From Minisyncoccota bacterium (GTDB lineage Bacteria > Patescibacteriota > Minisyncoccia > Phycocordibacterales > UBA1006), in the NCBI GenBank assembly GCA_036405175.1, contig DASWYC010000002.1, forward strand, positions 603,373 to 667,372: a DNA stretch of 64,000 nt, written 5' to 3'. Made by a program: the position numbers and the translations under genes. The stretch's first letter is position 1, and every line of letters begins with the position of its first letter. The notes beneath the pieces are model-generated. The model did no database searches, was not told the origin of the DNA, and was given only the letters and a program-made list of their open reading frames with translations. Shown here one piece after another: positions 56,649 to 64,000 of the stretch.

Positions 56649-56900
56649 TTATTTGAAGCTAATAACTCCAGAATCTTTAAGGGCAGCAAGTGCTCCTTTT
56701 TTAGTGATAGTGCGAAGTCCGCGAGCTGATACCAAGAGGGTAACTTCTTCGTTAAGCTCTGGAATCAAGATAGTCTTCTTGTGGAGGTTAGCTTTTTTTC
56801 GGTTGATACCGGTAGGGTTGAATTTAGTAGCACGAGTTCTGTTTGAGTACCCGCCTGCCATAATGCTTGATTTTCCGGTAATTGCGCATTGCTTTGCCAT
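56649..56900 (-). CDS. rpmB: 50S ribosomal protein L28
   Basis: MAKQCAITGKSSIMAGGYSNRTRATKFNPTGINRKKANLHKK... is a canonical L28 N-terminus. Confidence 0.85.
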   Translation of the reverse strand: MAKQCAITGKSSIMAGGYSNRTRATKFNPTGINRKKANLHKKTILIPELNEEVTLLVSARGLRTITKKGALAALKDSGVISFK

Positions 56901-57285
56901 AGTTCTCCTAAAATACCATATATTATATAAATGTGCAACTAAAATAGGTGATAGTTAAAAAAGATCGAAAATCAAGTTTTATAAAGAAAAAGCCTCTTTT
57001 GGAGGCTTTAACATTCAAAGCGGTTTCTTTTGGATTTTCTTGGGGCATCGCGACCTCAATTTTAAGAGAAACTTGGTGCGCAGATCACTTCTTTTAAGAG
57101 AGCCTTTGGGGCCTCTTACTAAATAGCGAACACCTTTGCCAACAGCGGACAAAAGGATGATTGACAAAAAGAGGATTTTCAAAGTTTCCATTACCTAAGT
57201 TGTGTAAAAATTCCTGACTGCTCTCATTCTCGGACATTTCACCAAAAATGTCAATAAAATTCATGAATTTTTCTGTAAGATTTGC

Positions 57286-58110
57286 TTGTCTGATCCGTTA
57301 TACTATACACATATGAATAAGACCGAAACCTACAAACAGTTCCTTATGGTTGCAGGAGGGGTATTCCTTTCAATCGCAACAATTATTATCATTATCGCCG
57401 GAACCGCATTTGCGCGTAGCGCAAGTAATGCGCAGGGTAATAATACTATTACCGTAACCGGAACCGCAGAAGTAAACACTAAACCAGATATTGCTGTAAT
57501 TTCATATACTCTTCGTGGAGAAGGGGCAACCGCAGCAGTGGCTGAAAATCAAATCAAGGCAGATATTGAAGCGCTCACTAAACAGCTTAAAGATGCTGGT
57601 ATTAAAGACGCAGATATTAAGACCGAATCACACTCAGTAAATCCTAAATATGTATATACTCAAGGAATCTGTACCAAATACGGATGTCCTTCAGGGGAAA
57701 GCAAAATTACCGGATACGAGGTATATCACACTGAATCTATCAAAGTACGTGACCTTGATAAGGCTTCAGAATACTACGGAATTGTAACTGCTAAGAAAGT
57801 GTACTCAGTACAAGGACCAGATCTTCGCATTGAAGATCCTATCAAGCAAAAGACTGAAGCTCGCGAGCAAGCAATTGCTAAGGCACGTGAAAGTGCAAAG
57901 AAGCTTGCTAAGTCACTTGATGTTCGCCTTGGAAAGATCGTTTCATTCTATGAAAACGAGAACGGCGGATACCCTGTGCCAATGTACGCAAAGGCTGAAG
58001 TTATGAATCAGGCGTATGACGCAGCCGGCGCAACCCGTGTTGCAGCTCCTATCAATCCAGGATCAGAAACTACTACTTCAAACGTAACCATTGTGTTCCG
58101 TATCAAGTAA
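57286..58110 (+). CDS. SIMPL/DUF541-family secreted protein, membrane-anchored
   Basis: N-terminal TM helix, then ITVTGTAEVNTKPDIAVISYTLRGEG...ITGYEVYHTESIKV, matching SIMPL-domain proteins. Confidence 0.65.
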   Translation: MSDPLYYTHMNKTETYKQFLMVAGGVFLSIATIIIIIAGTAFARSASNAQGNNTITVTGTAEVNTKPDIAVISYTLRGEGATAAVAENQIKADIEALTKQLKDAGIKDADIKTESHSVNPKYVYTQGICTKYGCPSGESKITGYEVYHTESIKVRDLDKASEYYGIVTAKKVYSVQGPDLRIEDPIKQKTEAREQAIAKARESAKKLAKSLDVRLGKIVSFYENENGGYPVPMYAKAEVMNQAYDAAGATRVAAPINPGSETTTSNVTIVFRIK

Positions 58111-58186
58111 CCCTCTTCGAAAAACACCGCTCACAAGGCGGTGTTTTCTTATGGACACTATCAAAATGTGATATACTCATGCGTAT

Positions 58187-58867
58187 ATGAAGACAAAGAT
58201 TATTTTACTCATCGTTGCCGTGATTGTTGTGGGGGGTGTATTGCTCGCACTTCGTCGTGACAAACCAAGTATGGGGGTAGAAACCGTGTCGCCTGAAGAC
58301 ATGACAACATCAACCTCTACACAGCCTGCATCTATTGAAGATGGAAATTACAAAATCACCGACGATCAAACGATTGGTTGGAATGCTAAGAAGCGCGTTG
58401 GTGGTGGACACAATGGAACCATTGATGTCACTAAAGGAGAATTTACTGTAAAAGATAACTCAATTACGAAAGGCTCAATCGATTTCTCACTTGCAAGTTT
58501 GGTAGATCTTGATCTTGAAGACGGAAAAGCCAAGACTCAGCTTGAGAGTGATCTTAAGGGGGAAGGATTCTTTAATACTGAAAAATATCCAAACGGAAGC
58601 TTTTCAGTAACCAAGGCATCTCCAATTGTTGCCGGAAGCGCAACGCTTACCGGAAATCTTACGCTTAAGGGAAAGACCTCAGAGGTAAGCTTCCCGGTTA
58701 TGGTTCAGGCAGATAAGGACATGATCACTCTTACTGGAACTATGACCTTTAACCGCACTAAATTTGGTATTAACTACGCTTCGGCGTCTATTCCTGGGGC
58801 GGTAAAAGACGTAATTATCGAAGATGAAGTGGGGGTAACTATTGCAAGTACCTTTAAGAAGAAATAG
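58187..58867 (+). CDS. YceI-family protein, membrane-anchored (second copy in window)
   Basis: N-terminal TM helix, then a YceI-like domain (ITDDQTIGWNAKKRVGGGHNGTIDVTKGEF...LTGTMTFNRTKFGINY). Confidence 0.65.
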   Translation: MKTKIILLIVAVIVVGGVLLALRRDKPSMGVETVSPEDMTTSTSTQPASIEDGNYKITDDQTIGWNAKKRVGGGHNGTIDVTKGEFTVKDNSITKGSIDFSLASLVDLDLEDGKAKTQLESDLKGEGFFNTEKYPNGSFSVTKASPIVAGSATLTGNLTLKGKTSEVSFPVMVQADKDMITLTGTMTFNRTKFGINYASASIPGAVKDVIIEDEVGVTIASTFKKK

Positions 58868-58898
58868 GCTTGACAAATAAGGGAGATTGTTGATTTAT

Positions 58899-58927
58899 TT
58901 GACTTTTACCCTCAAATATGCTATGCT
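58899..58927 (+). promoter_or_regulatory. Promoter TTGACT-N17-TATGCT
   Basis: ttgact 58899..58904, tatgct 58922..58927. Upstream of the 59039 ORF. Confidence 0.45.
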
Positions 58928-59038
58928 GGAGACGTACTTGAGGAGTAATTCTGAAGTGCGTTTTTTGTAAAATCGTACGATTATATAAGGAACTTTCTAC
59001 CATCACGGATAGTTACGAGGAAGCTCAGATCCTCAAAT

Positions 59039-59626
59039 ATGGAACTTTTAAAAAATAGAGCTCGTCGTTTTGCAGTGGTGATGCTGAATCTTTCTGGAGT
59101 CATGTCTATGGGCCTTCTTCCAGTCTCAGTAAGCGCACAAGTGTTGCAAGCGACTATGGTTGGTGGTGAAGTTGTAGAGTCGGCATTAGGAACCAAGTCT
59201 TCTGAGACTGAAGAGCCTAAAGTTGACCCTCGTGTAGAGAAAATCCGAGCTTTCTTTGAAGCTCGTTCATTGCCTGCAGCAGAGTATGCGGAGGAATTCG
59301 TACACTATGCTGACATGTATGATCTTGACTGGCGGTTGGTACCGTCGATCGCAATGCTTGAGTCTACCGGATTTAAGCACTCATGTAAGAGAGTAACCTA
59401 CAGTGGATTAGGATGGGGTTCTTGTAAAATCAATTTCGATTCATTCGAACATGGAATTGATGTTGTTACAAAAAACCTCGCCGGAAAAAATCCGCGTACG
59501 GAATCTTACTATGCTAACAAGTCAGTTACCGAAATTCTCAACACCTATAACCCACCAAGTATTCGACCGGACTACGTTACGATTGTAACTCGCACCATGC
59601 GGAATATTGAAAATCAACCAGTATAA
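59039..59626 (+). CDS. Secreted protein, possibly a lytic transglycosylase (SLT)-like domain
   Basis: Classic signal peptide MELLKNRARRFAVVMLNLSGVMSMGLLPVSVSA|QV. SIAMLESTGFKH resembles the SLT catalytic E-S motif. Confidence 0.45.
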   Translation: MELLKNRARRFAVVMLNLSGVMSMGLLPVSVSAQVLQATMVGGEVVESALGTKSSETEEPKVDPRVEKIRAFFEARSLPAAEYAEEFVHYADMYDLDWRLVPSIAMLESTGFKHSCKRVTYSGLGWGSCKINFDSFEHGIDVVTKNLAGKNPRTESYYANKSVTEILNTYNPPSIRPDYVTIVTRTMRNIENQPV

Positions 59627-59759
59627 GCTTTCTCTCAACATAGACAATATTGTTAAAAGCAAAAGCACTACCTCTTAGTCCAGGTGGTGTTTTTGTTTGC
59701 CTAAAAACTGAACAGGTTATGTTTTGCATTTTAGTTTCTATTGGTATACTAGGAATGTT

Positions 59760-60455
59760 ATGTCATCAAACAACGTAGGAATTGCACTCATTGTAATTGT
59801 GGCGTTAGCGATTGCTGGCCTTGTATTTACTCATAACAAAAAAACAGCAACGACTACTACCACTCAAACAACTACCACAACAGAAACTCAAACTGATGCA
59901 TTTAGCACAACACAACAAACATCAGATACTACTACTAATACCACTACACCAACAACACCTATGACTACACCTCAAGTAACTAAAGCCGTGTTTACCACTA
60001 ATCTTGGCGCATTCACCGTTGAGCTTTATGGAGCACAAACCCCTAAGACGGTAGAAAACTTTGCCAAGCTTGTTACCAGTGGATTTTATACCGATACTAA
60101 ATTCCATCGTGTTATCAAAGGATTCATGATCCAGGGAGGAGATCCACTTTCTAAGGATGATTCTCAGAAGCAATTGTGGGGAACGGGAGGACCTGGATAC
60201 AAGTTTGAAGATGAATTTGTTAAGGAGCTTTCAAACGTTAAAGGAACACTTTCAATGGCAAATGCCGGACCTGGAACCAACGGAAGTCAGTTCTTTGTTA
60301 ACACTGCAGACAATACCTTCCTTGATGGAAAGCACACTGTGTTTGGAAAAGTTCTTGAAGGAATGGATGTGATTGAGAAAATCTCAAACACTAAGACCGA
60401 TTCGACCGATAAGCCTGTGACAGCTGTAGTTATTAAATCAATTGAGGTTCTTTAA
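59760..60455 (+). CDS. ppiB: Cyclophilin-type peptidyl-prolyl isomerase, membrane-anchored with a Thr-rich linker
   Basis: TM helix, then T/Q-rich linker TTTTTQTTTTTETQT..., then cyclophilin motifs FHRVIKGFMIQGGDP and GTLSMANAGPGTNGSQFF. Start taken at MSSNNVG (59760). Confidence 0.85.
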   Translation: MSSNNVGIALIVIVALAIAGLVFTHNKKTATTTTTQTTTTTETQTDAFSTTQQTSDTTTNTTTPTTPMTTPQVTKAVFTTNLGAFTVELYGAQTPKTVENFAKLVTSGFYTDTKFHRVIKGFMIQGGDPLSKDDSQKQLWGTGGPGYKFEDEFVKELSNVKGTLSMANAGPGTNGSQFFVNTADNTFLDGKHTVFGKVLEGMDVIEKISNTKTDSTDKPVTAVVIKSIEVL

Positions 60456-60566
60456 TTCAAAATTTAAGACTACTAAAAACTCCCGGGAGGGAGTTTTGAT
60501 TTATTAGCAAGAGTGGTGTAGGATTGGGATAAGTAAATATTTATACAAACCTAAAAAACTTGATAC

Positions 60567-61214
60567 ATGGAATACGAAAAAATCTTTCAAATGATTAAGC
60601 TCTCCCTTGGTGACGAGCGGATATATCAAAAAGTTCAAAAACAGCTCGCTAAACTTATTGGGTCGTATGAAGAGACAATAATGTATGAGATGGCAGGTTT
60701 TGCTATGGTCTTTATTCAGGAGCAGAGTACTGAGAAGGCGTTTAGAAAAGAACTTGTTATTGAAGTTGAAGACTGGATGGCAAATAAAACAATCGAGGAT
60801 TCATCCTTTACTGGCTATCTTAATAGCGATGAATTTGCTGAGGCTCTTTATGGAGATATTGAGCAGAAGATTGTGGGTATTGAAAACGAATTTGCTGAAA
60901 TCAAAGAAGCTCTTAAAGATGAAGATGTTACTTCAAGAGTAGGCAATGCGCTTTCGAAGTTATTCCTGAAGCATGGTATGTATGAATCAACCCTAAAAGA
61001 TCTTTTCCTGGAGCAATTTCAGAACTCTTTTTCATGGACTGGATTCAAGGCTTCCTTTATCGAACTTATAGAAAACGGTGGGCTTGATACCAAAAAACGA
61101 GTTCTCGAAAAAATTAAAGAAGGGCTTGGTGATGACGGTGAATTCTTTGCCGTATCGTATGGAGTAATTGAGGAAGAGATGTCTTATCCAAGATTAACCT
61201 TGCAAGAAGCATGA
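60567..61214 (+). CDS. Hypothetical acidic protein (215 aa)
   Basis: ORF with no recognisable motifs. Confidence 0.45.
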   Translation: MEYEKIFQMIKLSLGDERIYQKVQKQLAKLIGSYEETIMYEMAGFAMVFIQEQSTEKAFRKELVIEVEDWMANKTIEDSSFTGYLNSDEFAEALYGDIEQKIVGIENEFAEIKEALKDEDVTSRVGNALSKLFLKHGMYESTLKDLFLEQFQNSFSWTGFKASFIELIENGGLDTKKRVLEKIKEGLGDDGEFFAVSYGVIEEEMSYPRLTLQEA

Positions 61215-61250
61215 TGCAGCGTGGGTCCTATCTAATTTAATATTGGATAG

Positions 61251-63634
<2,384 letters not shown>

Positions 63635-63675
63635 GTCAAGAATCTGTTTATAAAACTTTGTTATGATAAAAGCCT

Positions 63676-63900
63676 ATGTTCTGGCCACAAACATTTTTTG
63701 AATGGATCGTTGTTGCCGCGATCGTGTTTTTTCTCATTCAAGCTTTTCGTATATTTAAAAAAGATCATGAAGAGGAAGACATTTTTGAGCCGTTATGGCA
63801 TGTGAATAAACGAGCTCAAGAGGAAATAAAAAACTCGCCAAATCTTTTGCAGAAAATTATCCGCAGCTGGATTCAGGGGAAAGATAGAAAAAAGAGATAA
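63676..63900 (+). CDS. Hypothetical small membrane protein (74 aa)
   Basis: One N-terminal TM helix (WIVVAAIVFFLIQAF) and a charged tail. Confidence 0.4.
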   Translation: MFWPQTFFEWIVVAAIVFFLIQAFRIFKKDHEEEDIFEPLWHVNKRAQEEIKNSPNLLQKIIRSWIQGKDRKKR

Positions 63901-64000
63901 AGTGTGATACTCTTTGGAAGTTATTGTTAAATAAAAACGCGTATGTCAGTAGAAGAAAAGTTGATTGTAGTTCATGAAGAAGACGGTGAACCAACCGGTG

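Overview
The window reads as a compact, AT-rich bacterial chromosomal segment with standard code 11 (TAA/TAG/TGA stops; no evidence of reassignment). It is dense in small hypothetical membrane and secreted proteins mixed with core housekeeping genes: tsaE, a short polA, ruvA, rpsT, radC, rarA, aspS, ruvX, rplS, archaeal-type proS, a fur-family regulator, msrA, ligA, rpmB and a cyclophilin ppi. Eight tRNAs are present: Lys-TTT, Arg-CCT, Arg-GCG, Ser-TGA, Arg-TCT, Val-TAC, Leu-GAG and His-GTG. Promoters are mostly of the extended -10 type, and there are many clean rho-independent terminators. The gene repertoire (archaeal-type ProRS, short AspRS, L19 with an acidic tail, scattered type IV secretion parts, giant repeat-rich surface proteins, a tandem ABC exporter pair) resembles an episymbiotic reduced-genome bacterium of the CPR/Patescibacteria type. 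That placement is inference only. No CRISPR array, transposase or integrase was seen. Six items are most worth a second look. (1) A ~120-nt structured element is present twice (9601..9721 and 56229..56343), with compensatory base changes and G·U wobbles that make sense only on the + strand. Each copy sits immediately upstream of a promoter, and copy 2 is next to an unannotated 48-aa basic protein that has its own promoter and terminator. (2) The window opens on a dispersed T4SS-like module: VirB4 ATPase, a 2-TM protein, an orphan VirB4 N-domain ORF and a long nested inverted repeat. A VirD4-like coupling protein with a ~450-aa N-terminal extension lies 50 kb away. (3) An adhesin-like locus encodes a secreted Q/N/P/G-rich protein and a 1368-aa repeat-modular surface protein, whose promoter has its -35 embedded in a perfect palindrome. 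(4) A three-gene block of hypotheticals is bracketed by tRNA-Lys and tRNA-Arg. (5) Two small ORFs below the ORF-track size cutoff look real. (6) Several perfect inverted repeats occur in regulatory positions.
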